Positions 35,359 through 44,142 of a DNA stretch of 47,794 nucleotides are shown here, one piece after another. A program made the translations under genes and the position numbers. Source of the stretch: Acetobacteraceae bacterium. GTDB lineage: Bacteria; Pseudomonadota; Alphaproteobacteria; Acetobacterales; Acetobacteraceae. Location: NCBI GenBank assembly GCA_027459285.1, contig DAIDIQ010000025.1, positions 1-47,794 of the forward strand, given 5' to 3'. How positions within the stretch are numbered: position 1 is the first letter of the stretch; each line of letters starts with the position of its first letter. The notes under the pieces were generated by a model. It saw nothing but the letters and a program-made list of their open reading frames with translations. It did not search any database and was not told the origin of the DNA.

Positions 35359-35838
35359 ATGATGACGCTCAACGAAATCTCGGAAATCTCGCAGGCAATC
35401 GGCTCGATCGCCTTCGTCGCGTCGCTCATTTTCGTCGGCGTCGAACTACGCCAGAACACGAAAAGCGCGTTGGCGCAGTCCCATCATGCCGTATCCGAGG
35501 CACTGAACCGCATCAATCTCATTTGGGTGCAAAGTGCCGAGGTCACCCGGATCTGGTTTCTCGGCATGAGCCAGCGGGGCGCGCTGTCACCGGAAGAACG
35601 CTGGCGTTTCGACTCGTTGATGCGGGCCTATCTGCATGTGTGTGAGACGATGTACACCCAGTCCAAGCTGGGTGCCGGCGACCATGCCATCGTGCTCGCC
35701 GAGGAGACCGGCATCAAGACCGTGTTTGGCTCCGCCGGTGTCCGGGAATGGTGGGCGGAAAATCCGTTCGGCTTTTCATCCGAATTCCGGACCTATATCG
35801 ACCGGCTGATCGCGGGCGATGCTGGTCGCGCCGCCTGA
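35359..35838 (+). CDS. Hypothetical membrane-anchored protein (single N-terminal TM helix)
   Basis: 159 aa, ATG with AGGAA 7 nt upstream. It has a plausible amino-acid composition and one TM segment (IGSIAFVASLIFVGV). No family was recognised. Confidence 0.55.
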   Translation: MMTLNEISEISQAIGSIAFVASLIFVGVELRQNTKSALAQSHHAVSEALNRINLIWVQSAEVTRIWFLGMSQRGALSPEERWRFDSLMRAYLHVCETMYTQSKLGAGDHAIVLAEETGIKTVFGSAGVREWWAENPFGFSSEFRTYIDRLIAGDAGRAA

Positions 35839-36037
35839 GGTGCCGCGGGTTTGCCGGATGCGGGGGGGGGAATTATTCCGGATCGGGGGCCCCGGGGGCC
35901 GGGTCGGAATGTCATCCGGCCGATAGGCACTGACGACGATATCGGCCGAACATGAAAGCCATGCCTTCAGTGAACGCGCCCGGATGCCTTACGACACCGG
36001 ACAGGGTGCCGCGTGGCGGCCAGCATCAGGGGCGGGC

Positions 36038-37945
36038 ATGGATCTGAACGCGGAGTGGCTCGAAACCGACGGGCAAGGCGGCTTCGCCTCCGGCACGGTC
36101 GGCCTGCTGCGCACGCGTCGCTACCACGCCCTGCTGCTGGCGGCGGCAACCCCGCCGACCGGCCGCTTCGTTCTGGTCAATGGCATCGAGGCCTGGGTCG
36201 GCACGCCGGACGGGCGCACCGCCTTGACCGCCCAGGCCTATGCCGATGGCACCATCTTTCCCGACGGCCGCGCTCATCTGCGCGATTTCACGGCAACACC
36301 CTTCCCGACCTGGGTGTACGCGCTCGCCGACGGCACCGCGATCATGGTCACCCTGTTTTGCGCCCGCGACGCGGCCGAGACGGTGCTGCGCTGGAGCGCC
36401 GACCGGCCGGTCGATCTTTTCGTCCGCCCGCTGATGTCCGGTCGGGACTATCACGCGCTGCACCATGAGAACCCTGCCTTCGGGTTTGCTTCCTCGGCCA
36501 CCGAGGCAGGGCGTACCTGGCACCCTTATGCTGGCGTGCCGGCGATTTCGGCACGCGGTGATTTCGCCTGGACCGACGAGCCTGTCTGGTATCGCGGCTT
36601 TTCCTATGCGCGGGAACGCGAGCGCGGGCTCGATGACGGCGAGGACCTGGCGAGCCCCGGAATTTTCACCTGGCAATCGGTGCGTCAGGCGACGCTCGCC
36701 TTTCGTGCCGGACCGCCCGGATCGCGCCCCATCGCCGCGCTCGAAAAGGCCGAGCGCGCGCGCCGCGCCCGTGCGCCGCGCGATGTCGCGACCGACGCCT
36801 ATCTCGCCGCGCGCGGTGGCGAACGCACGCTGCTGGCCGGCTTTCCCTGGTTCACCGATTGGGGCCGCGACACGTTCATCGCCATGCGCGGCCTGCTGAT
36901 CGCGCGCGGCCGCCTGGATGAAGCGGCGGCGATACTGGTTGCCTGGAGCGGCTTCGTCAGCGAGGGCATGCTGCCCAACCGCTTCCCCGACGCCGACGAG
37001 ACGCCCGAGTATAACTCGGTCGATGCCTCGCTGTGGTTCGCGGTCGCGGTCCACGAGCTTCTCGCCGCCGGCGGCGCGAAAGCCGATGACGCGGCAAAAT
37101 TGCGGGCCGCCGTGGTCGCGGTGCTGGAGGGCTACGCGGCCGGCACCCGCTATGGCATCTCGCTCGACCCGCAGGACGGGCTGCTGCGCGCCGGGGTGCC
37201 GGGTGTTCAGCTTACCTGGATGGACGCCCGGATCGGCGATTACGTCGTCACCCCACGCATCGGCAAGCCGGTCGAGGTGCAGGCGCTGTGGATCAATGCG
37301 CTGCGGGTGGCCGGGCAATGGTCGGGGGGAAGCCACTGGCAGGCACTGGCCGAGCGCGCGCAGAAAAGTTTCCTTGCGGCGTTTCCCGACCCCGAGACCG
37401 GCGGCCTGATCGATGTTCTCGACGCCGCGGATGTGCCGGGCGGGCGAGACCGCCGGATCCGGCCGAACCAGGTGCTTGCCGCCGGTGGCCTGCCATTCGA
37501 GGTGGTTGGCCCCGAGTTGCGGGCAGGCATCGTGGCGCTGGCCGAGCGCGACTTGCTCACCCCCCTCGGCCTGCGCACGCTCAGCCCGTCCGACCCGGAC
37601 TATCATCCCTGCTACGCCGGCGGCCCGTTCGAGCGGGATACCGCCTATCACCAGGGCACGGCCTGGCCCTGGCTGCTCGGCCCGTTCGTGGCCGCCTGGC
37701 TCGCGGTGCGGGACAGCCGGCCGAAATCGCTCGGCAAAACCCTTGTCGAGGCGCGCGCGCGCTTTCTCGCCCCGCTTCGCGCGCATCTCGAGACCGCCGG
37801 GCTTGGCCATGTCTCGGAGGTGGCCGACGGCGATCCGCCGCACCATCCGGGTGGCTGTCCGTTCCAGGCCTGGTCGCTCGGCGAGTTGATCCGGATCGAG
37901 GCGATGCTCCGCGACGAGGCACCCGCTGGCGGGACGCCACCATGA
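36038..37945 (+). CDS. Glycogen debranching enzyme-like protein (GDE N-terminal plus amylo-alpha-1,6-glucosidase C-domain)
   Basis: 635 aa from ATG 36038. Motifs are EWLETDGQGGFASGTVGLLRTRRYHALLL, GFPWFTDWGRDTFIAM and AYHQGTAWPWLLGPF. Confidence 0.85.
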   Translation: MDLNAEWLETDGQGGFASGTVGLLRTRRYHALLLAAATPPTGRFVLVNGIEAWVGTPDGRTALTAQAYADGTIFPDGRAHLRDFTATPFPTWVYALADGTAIMVTLFCARDAAETVLRWSADRPVDLFVRPLMSGRDYHALHHENPAFGFASSATEAGRTWHPYAGVPAISARGDFAWTDEPVWYRGFSYARERERGLDDGEDLASPGIFTWQSVRQATLAFRAGPPGSRPIAALEKAERARRARAPRDVATDAYLAARGGERTLLAGFPWFTDWGRDTFIAMRGLLIARGRLDEAAAILVAWSGFVSEGMLPNRFPDADETPEYNSVDASLWFAVAVHELLAAGGAKADDAAKLRAAVVAVLEGYAAGTRYGISLDPQDGLLRAGVPGVQLTWMDARIGDYVVTPRIGKPVEVQALWINALRVAGQWSGGSHWQALAERAQKSFLAAFPDPETGGLIDVLDAADVPGGRDRRIRPNQVLAAGGLPFEVVGPELRAGIVALAERDLLTPLGLRTLSPSDPDYHPCYAGGPFERDTAYHQGTAWPWLLGPFVAAWLAVRDSRPKSLGKTLVEARARFLAPLRAHLETAGLGHVSEVADGDPPHHPGGCPFQAWSLGELIRIEAMLRDEAPAGGTPP

Positions 37946-40617
37946 GTCTCGACCCGATTTTCGCCACCACCGAGGGCAAGCGGCTGCTCGATGCGCGCGA
38001 TCGCGCGGCATGGCGCCGCTGGGGGCCCTATCTGAGCGAACGCCATTGGGGCACGGTGCGCGAGGATTACAGCCCCAATGGCACCGCCTGGGACTATTTC
38101 CCCCACGATCACGCGCGCAGCCGCGCCTATCGCTGGGGCGAGGATGGCCTGGCCGGCTTTGCCGACGACACGCTGTTCTGGTGCCTTTCGCTCGCGCTCT
38201 GGAACGGTAACGATCCGATCCTCAAGGAGCGGCTGTTCGGCCTCACCAACGACCAGGGCAATCACGGCGAGGACGTCAAGGAGCTTTATTATTTCCTCGA
38301 TGGTGTACCCAGCCACGCCTATATGCGGATGCTCTACAAATATCCGCAGGCCGCTTTTCCCTACGAAAGACTGGTCCGGGAAAACCGCGCGCGCTCGACC
38401 GCCGAGCGGGAATTCGAGTTGATCGATACCGGCATTTTCGATGCGGGCCGCTATTTCGATGTCGTCATCGAGTGGGCCAAGGCCTCGCCCGACGATCTGC
38501 TGCTGCGTGTCACCGTCCATAATCGCGGGCCGGAGGCGGCCACGCTGCACCTGCTGCCGCACCTCTGGGCGCGCAACGACTGGACCTGGGAGGCCGATCG
38601 CCTGGACGCGGCGGATCGTCGGCGCCCGTCATTGAGGGTGCAGGACGGTTCGGTGCTGGCCGAGCATCCCGCCCACGATGCGCGCGTGTTCGAGGTCGAG
38701 GGCGACGCCGCCTGGCTCATGTGCGAGAACGAGACCAATTTCGCCCGGCTCTACGGGCTGCCGCCCGGCGGCCCGGTGAAGGATGGCATCAACGACGCCG
38801 TCGTGCTCGGGCGGCGCGAGGGCTTGAGCGAAAGTGGCGTCGGCAGCAAATGCGCCGCGCACCATGTGCTGTCTATCGAGGCGCATGGCAGCGCGGTACT
38901 GCGCGCGCGCTTTCGCCCGCGTGGGGCAAAGCCCGGTTTTGCCGGGTTCGACCGCGTGCTCGCCGCCCGCCGCGCCGAGGCGGACGCGTTCTACGACGCG
39001 CTGCAGGCGGGTATCGCCGATCAGGATGCGAGGCTGGTGCAGCGCCAGGCCTTTGCCGGCCTGCTCTGGTGCAAACAGGCCTATCTCTACGATGTCCGGC
39101 GCTGGTTGCAGGGCGATCCCGGCCAGCCACCGCCGGCGCGCAACGGCCAGGGCCGAAACGCCGCCTGGCGCCACGTCGCCGCGGCCGACGTGCTCTCGAT
39201 GCCGGATAGCTGGGAATATCCCTGGTTCGCCGCCTGGGATCTGGCATTTCACTGCGTCGCCTTCGTGCCGATCGACCCGGATTTCGCCAAGCAGCAATTG
39301 CTGGTTCTGACCGGCGATCGGTACGCGCACCCGAACGGGCAGCTTCCCGCCTATGAATGGGCGTTCGACGATGTGAACCCGCCGGTGCAGGCCTGGGCCG
39401 CGCTGCGCATCTATCAGATGGACCGCAAAATGCGCGGCGAGCCGGACCGTGATTTTCTCGAGCGCTGCTTTCATCGTCTGGCACTCAATTTCACCTGGTG
39501 GGTCAACCGCAAGGATGCGGATGGCCGGAATGTCTTCGGCGGCGGGTTTCTTGGCCTCGATAATATCTCCGTGTTCGACCGCTCGGCGACGATTCCCGGC
39601 GCCGGCGTCATCGATCAGTCGGACGGGACCGCCTGGATGGCGATGTTTTCGCTCAACCTGATGCGCATCGCCCTGGAACTCGCCATCGCCGACCCCGTCT
39701 ATGAGGGCATGGCGCTCAAATTCTTCGAGCATTTCCTGCTGATCGCGGAAGCGATGACGACCACCGGCGGCGTCGGCCTGTGGAACGAGGAGGACGGGTT
39801 CTTCTATGATGTGCTCCGCCTGCCCGAGGGTGGCGGCGTTCCGCTCCGGCTCCAGACCATCGTCGGGCTGATACCGCTTTTTGCCGTCGAAGTGATCGAT
39901 GGTGCCGCGATCGATAAGCTGCCCGAGTTCCGCGCCGGATTGTTGGCCGTTCTGCAGCGACGCCCGGAGCTGGCCAGGCTGATCTCGCGCTGGTCGGTTC
40001 CGGGTGCGGCGGACCGCCGCCTGCTGTCGCTGCTGCGCGGCCACCGGATGAAGTGCCTGCTCGCGCGCATGCTCAACCCGGCCGAATTCCTGTCACCGTT
40101 CGGCGTGCGCGGGCTTTCGCGGGCTCACCACGATAAGCCCTTCGAACTCGAACTGGACGGCATGCGGCTCGCCGTCGGCTATGAACCGGGCGAGGGCCGG
40201 TCCGGCGCGTTCGGCGGCAATTCCAACTGGCGCGGCCCGATCTGGATGCCGATCAACCTGCTGTTGATCGACAGCCTGCACGAATTCCAGCGGTATTACG
40301 GCGACGATTTCCTGGTCGAATACCCGACCGGCTCGGGCGAGCGGCTGACGCTGGGCGACATCGCCGATCGCCTCGCGATGCGGCTCGGTCGGCTGTTCCT
40401 GCGCGATGCGGAAGGTCGCAGGCCGGTCTGGGGCGATAACGGCTTGCTGCAAACCGACCCGCATTTTCGCGATCACATCCTGTTTCACGAATATTTCCAC
40501 GGCGATGATGGCCGCGGCCTCGGTGCCTCGCACCAGACCGGCTGGACCGCCTGCATCGCGCTTCTTCTCGGCGGACCGGACGGCGTATGGGCGCGCATCT
40601 GCCGCGACTGCGGCTGA
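37942..40617 (+). CDS. GH63-type glucosidase (MGH1-like, mannosylglycerate/glucosylglycerate hydrolase-related)
   Basis: 891 aa from ATG 37942 (ATGA overlap with the GDE stop). Motifs are WRRWGPYLSERHWGTVREDYS, YRWGEDGLAG, YPWFAAWDLAFH and FHEYFHGDDGRGLGASHQTGWT. The track ORF from 37288 is an out-of-gene extension. Confidence 0.85.
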   Translation: MSLDPIFATTEGKRLLDARDRAAWRRWGPYLSERHWGTVREDYSPNGTAWDYFPHDHARSRAYRWGEDGLAGFADDTLFWCLSLALWNGNDPILKERLFGLTNDQGNHGEDVKELYYFLDGVPSHAYMRMLYKYPQAAFPYERLVRENRARSTAEREFELIDTGIFDAGRYFDVVIEWAKASPDDLLLRVTVHNRGPEAATLHLLPHLWARNDWTWEADRLDAADRRRPSLRVQDGSVLAEHPAHDARVFEVEGDAAWLMCENETNFARLYGLPPGGPVKDGINDAVVLGRREGLSESGVGSKCAAHHVLSIEAHGSAVLRARFRPRGAKPGFAGFDRVLAARRAEADAFYDALQAGIADQDARLVQRQAFAGLLWCKQAYLYDVRRWLQGDPGQPPPARNGQGRNAAWRHVAAADVLSMPDSWEYPWFAAWDLAFHCVAFVPIDPDFAKQQLLVLTGDRYAHPNGQLPAYEWAFDDVNPPVQAWAALRIYQMDRKMRGEPDRDFLERCFHRLALNFTWWVNRKDADGRNVFGGGFLGLDNISVFDRSATIPGAGVIDQSDGTAWMAMFSLNLMRIALELAIADPVYEGMALKFFEHFLLIAEAMTTTGGVGLWNEEDGFFYDVLRLPEGGGVPLRLQTIVGLIPLFAVEVIDGAAIDKLPEFRAGLLAVLQRRPELARLISRWSVPGAADRRLLSLLRGHRMKCLLARMLNPAEFLSPFGVRGLSRAHHDKPFELELDGMRLAVGYEPGEGRSGAFGGNSNWRGPIWMPINLLLIDSLHEFQRYYGDDFLVEYPTGSGERLTLGDIADRLAMRLGRLFLRDAEGRRPVWGDNGLLQTDPHFRDHILFHEYFHGDDGRGLGASHQTGWTACIALLLGGPDGVWARICRDCG

Positions 40618-40673
40618 CAAAGCATCAAACAAGAGGAATTAAACCGGCCGGCTGCACCGGCGAAAAACCCGGA

Positions 40674-41486
40674 TCATGTCGGCGGCGCCTTCAGGGCGAC
40701 GATCTGCGTCAGCGCACGCTCGAACGGCAGCGTGGAGACACGGAAATTACCGCGGAACGGATTGGCCAGCGCCACGATCAGAATGAGCACCAGCGCGCCG
40801 GAAATGGCCAGCGCCGACGACATCGCGAGGTGCAACGTCAAGCTCGTCACGCCAAGAAACGACGCGGAGGCGAGGGTCAGCCCGCCACCGAGCAGCAGCA
40901 CGATCCAGATGATCGGCGGGATGGGCGTCTCGGCCGAAAGCATCCGCGCCTGACGCGCGACCCGTAGCTGGGCAAGCGATGCCAGCAACTGCGACTGCAT
41001 GTTGCTCTCAGCCGAATTCGCCGGCTTGACGGTGAGCGCCATGCGCTCAAGCGCGTTGAGATCGGCGCGGGCGCGATCCGAGTAATGACCCTCGGCCTGG
41101 GCGGGCCATTCGATGTTGATCACATCCCGCGCGTATCCGGCGATATCCGTCTCCATCGCCGCCCGTTCGGGTTCGGCGAAGCCGGCGGCAACATCCGAGA
41201 CATTGAGAACATACGCCGCCTCCGCGTAGCTCGCGGCTTTTGCCCGGTTGAACCCTTCCCAGGCGAGCATCGCGACGAACGCCAGCAGAACCGCGTAGGT
41301 GACCCCGATGATCGAGCACATCGCCGCCGCGGCATCATTGTGCTGACGACGAAACGCGATCGGAATGACCGCGCGGACGGAAAGCTCCACCATCACGGCG
41401 AGAATTACCCCGAGAGCCGTGATCGTCAGGCCGACCCACCAGATCGGGTATTGGTAGGCAATATCGGGATGCATGACGAAGCGCAT
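40674..41486 (-). CDS. DUF4239-like membrane protein
   Basis: 270 aa. It has two N-terminal and two C-terminal TM segments flanking a soluble region. The overall layout resembles DUF4239, but this is assigned from memory only. Confidence 0.5.
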   Translation of the reverse strand: MRFVMHPDIAYQYPIWWVGLTITALGVILAVMVELSVRAVIPIAFRRQHNDAAAAMCSIIGVTYAVLLAFVAMLAWEGFNRAKAASYAEAAYVLNVSDVAAGFAEPERAAMETDIAGYARDVINIEWPAQAEGHYSDRARADLNALERMALTVKPANSAESNMQSQLLASLAQLRVARQARMLSAETPIPPIIWIVLLLGGGLTLASASFLGVTSLTLHLAMSSALAISGALVLILIVALANPFRGNFRVSTLPFERALTQIVALKAPPT

Positions 41487-41588
41487 CGAACGGCCTTTTC
41501 ATTTTTACCCGAACCCGGGGCGGAGCCGGGAAGACGGGTCGATCAGCCCGGTTTTATCGTGGGTCGATCATCGCCGGGTCAAGTCTTC

Positions 41589-43589
41589 TCACGATTTCCC
41601 GGGCTCGAGCGCCGGGCCAGGCGCCGGGCGAGGCTCGACGAACCCGGGCGGTGCCAGGCTCGTGCTTTCGGTGATCAGTCCGGTGCCGCGGCGATAGGTC
41701 AGATAGGCCCATAACCAATCCAGCATGACCGTCACCCGGTTCCGCCCGCCGACCAGGAACCCGACATGCACGGCGCCCCACAGCCACCAGGCGAGCGCGC
41801 CTTTCAGGCGGATCGTGCCGAAATCGGCAACCGCGGCCTGACGGCCGATGGTGGCGAGGCTGCCGAGATGGCGGTAGCGGAACGGCGCGGGCGCGGGCGC
41901 GCCCGTAAGCCTCGCGCGTATGGCCCGGGCCACATAGGCGCCGCTCTGCTTGGCCGCGGGGGCGAGGCCGGGCACCGGCTGACCGTTCCAGGCGAGGCTG
42001 AGCGCGGTATCGCCGACCGCGAACACGCCGTCCATTCCCGGCACGGATAAATCCGGCCCGACGGGCACGCGGCCGGCGCGGTCGGCCGATACCGCCAGCC
42101 ATTTTGCCGCGGGCGAGGCCATGACGCCCGCCGCCCAGAACACGGTTCGCGCGGTCAGGGACTGGCCGGCGACAACGACGACATCCGCCTCGACCACCTC
42201 CACCCGCTTGCCGGTATGCACCTCGACGCCGAGGCCCTCGAGCGCCGCGCGCGCGGCGTGCGACAGGGCCTCGGGGAACGCGGCCAGCAGCCTGGGCGAT
42301 GCCTCGATCAACACGATGCGCGCGGTGGATGGGTCGAAGCTGCGGAATTCCCCCGCGAGGCCGTGCGTCGCGAGTTCCGCGATCGCGCCCGCAAGCTCGA
42401 CCCCGGTCGGCCCGCCACCGACAATCACGAATGTGAGCCAGGCTTGCCGTGCGGCATCGGTCTCGGCGGTTTCCGCCTCCTCGAAGGCGCGCAGCAGGCG
42501 CGCGCGCATGGCAGTCGCATCCTCGATACTCTTGAGACCGGGAGCGAATTCCGCCCACTCGTCGCGACCGAAATAGCTGTGGCGCGCGCCCGTCGCGAGC
42601 ACCAGATAATCATAGGGAATACGGCCACGGTTGAGCACGACCGCCTTGTCTGTCGCGTCTATGCCGGTGACCTCACCCAGCAGCACGCGCACGTTTTCCT
42701 GGCGCCGGAGCATTTCGCGGATCGGGGTCGCGATATCGCCGGGCGCGAGGCTTGCGGTTGCAACCTGATACAGCAAGGGCTGAAACAGATGGTGGTTGCG
42801 CCGATCGATCAATGTCACGCGACAGGCGGCGTCGCGAAGGCCGCGCGCGGCGCTTATTCCGCCAAAGCCGCCCCCGACAACCACCACATGGGGCAGAGGC
42901 GCGGGCGTCGCTCGTGCCAAGGTGCGTTCACGCCATGCGCCGAGCCACCGCACGGCGCGTATCACGACAATAACGAGCAGCAGTGCCCAGCCTGGCGTGA
43001 GCGCGGTCATGCCGAGCCTGGGGCGCGAGATCAGCAGAAAACCCAGCACCGCCGCGATGAAGACCGGACCCAGATAGCGGGTGATGCGGCCGGAGAGGGC
43101 AACGATCAGCGCCGCACCCGGCACGGCGCTGCGATAGGCGCCGCGGCGCAACAGCCGGTCGAGCGAAATCGACCCCGCCCCATACACGACCAGCGCCAGC
43201 AGCAAGGCGGCCCACAGCAGCGGTAATTCCGGGGCCACGCCGGCAACCGGCAGAAACAAGACCTGAACGAGCAGACCCGCCGCGGCGAGGCGCGTGAACA
43301 GACCAACGCCGAGCAGCACGGGGCAGACGGCCTGGATCGCAATCCCGAAAGTGGAGAGGGATAGTTCGTGCAGCAGCGCCGGCCGCCAGCCGATCATGGC
43401 GTCCGAGACCGGAAGGCCCATCATCTGATGCACGCCGGCGGCGATCAATGCCCGTGCCAGCCACAGCCGGATCAGCAGCCACAGCCACGGTTCCATCGAC
43501 ATCGCAAGCGTGCCTATGGTGGCGCGCATTCCATGGCGCAGGTCAGTCAGCATCGCGCATGCCTCCCGGCATGCGTCTCGTCTGGCCAA
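41589..43589 (-). CDS. Fusion protein: N-terminal DoxX-like membrane module plus type II NADH:quinone oxidoreductase (NDH-2)
   Basis: 666 aa in one uninterrupted frame. Residues about 30-230 are polytopic with DoxX-like motifs (GLFTRLAAAGLLVQVLF, YGAGSISLDRLL). From residue about 234 (around nt 42890) it is NDH-2: VVVVGGGFGGISAARGL, HHLFQPLLYQVA, a second Rossmann VIVGGGPTGVELAG and a C-terminal amphipathic tail. The longest ORF starts at TTG 43589, with a first ATG at 43553. Confidence 0.75.
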   Translation of the reverse strand: MARRDACREACAMLTDLRHGMRATIGTLAMSMEPWLWLLIRLWLARALIAAGVHQMMGLPVSDAMIGWRPALLHELSLSTFGIAIQAVCPVLLGVGLFTRLAAAGLLVQVLFLPVAGVAPELPLLWAALLLALVVYGAGSISLDRLLRRGAYRSAVPGAALIVALSGRITRYLGPVFIAAVLGFLLISRPRLGMTALTPGWALLLVIVVIRAVRWLGAWRERTLARATPAPLPHVVVVGGGFGGISAARGLRDAACRVTLIDRRNHHLFQPLLYQVATASLAPGDIATPIREMLRRQENVRVLLGEVTGIDATDKAVVLNRGRIPYDYLVLATGARHSYFGRDEWAEFAPGLKSIEDATAMRARLLRAFEEAETAETDAARQAWLTFVIVGGGPTGVELAGAIAELATHGLAGEFRSFDPSTARIVLIEASPRLLAAFPEALSHAARAALEGLGVEVHTGKRVEVVEADVVVVAGQSLTARTVFWAAGVMASPAAKWLAVSADRAGRVPVGPDLSVPGMDGVFAVGDTALSLAWNGQPVPGLAPAAKQSGAYVARAIRARLTGAPAPAPFRYRHLGSLATIGRQAAVADFGTIRLKGALAWWLWGAVHVGFLVGGRNRVTVMLDWLWAYLTYRRGTGLITESTSLAPPGFVEPRPAPGPALEPGKS

Positions 43590-44142
43590 GGCCCGGACGA
43601 GAAAGCGGCGTCCCGCCCGATGGCAGCAAACGGATCATCATACTCAATCTTTCGCGATGCGTGCATGGCGTGGGCCCGCCTCATCGGCGGCCGGCGGCGG
43701 CAGCGTGGTCATCTCCAAGCCAGTCAGTTCCCACCCCCCGATAACCGCCGCCCACCCGGCCTGATCGCCCGCGGGAAATTTCGGGCAGCCCGCATCGGCC
43801 TCGCAAATGCCGAAAGCCTATCATCATCATACCTGGACAAGCCGCCGGGGCCGGTTATGCGTTCAGGTCAAGTGTCGCGGAGATCCGCCGCCGCCGTCGA
43901 CCGAAACGGAAGCCGCCTCGAGCCACACTCTGCCATGATGACCCTCATGATGATCTCGGGAAATCTCCTCCACGGCGGGTCGCCTCGGCCGCGCCGCGGC
44001 GCCGTGCCCGCGGCATCGGCTGGACCTGCCCCGGATCGGCCAAGCCCCCCGGCCAGCGCCCCTCTGGCCATGGCCTCGACTTTGACGGCCATGATGGTCA
44101 GACCATCGGCAACCACCTCCCCGGGGCGGCAAAATAATCGCC

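Noticed and set aside
36026-38011. 661-aa minus-strand ORF (with 37648-38562 and 38629-40044 minus-strand ORFs)
   Set aside because: They are antisense to the GDE-like and GH63 genes, which carry strong family motifs on the plus strand.
40647-40661. Hairpin GCCGG-CTGCA-CCGGC between the convergent GH63 and DUF4239 genes, considered as a bidirectional terminator
   Set aside because: The stem is only 5 bp and the flanking T-runs are poor, so support is insufficient.
43868-44116. 82-aa minus-strand ORF in the NDH-2/DUF2064 gap with moderately high third-position GC
   Set aside because: No motif or RBS was recognised, and the middle section is Arg/Gly-rich. Its start would lie 27 nt from the divergent DUF2064 start. 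It is kept only as part of the gap finding.
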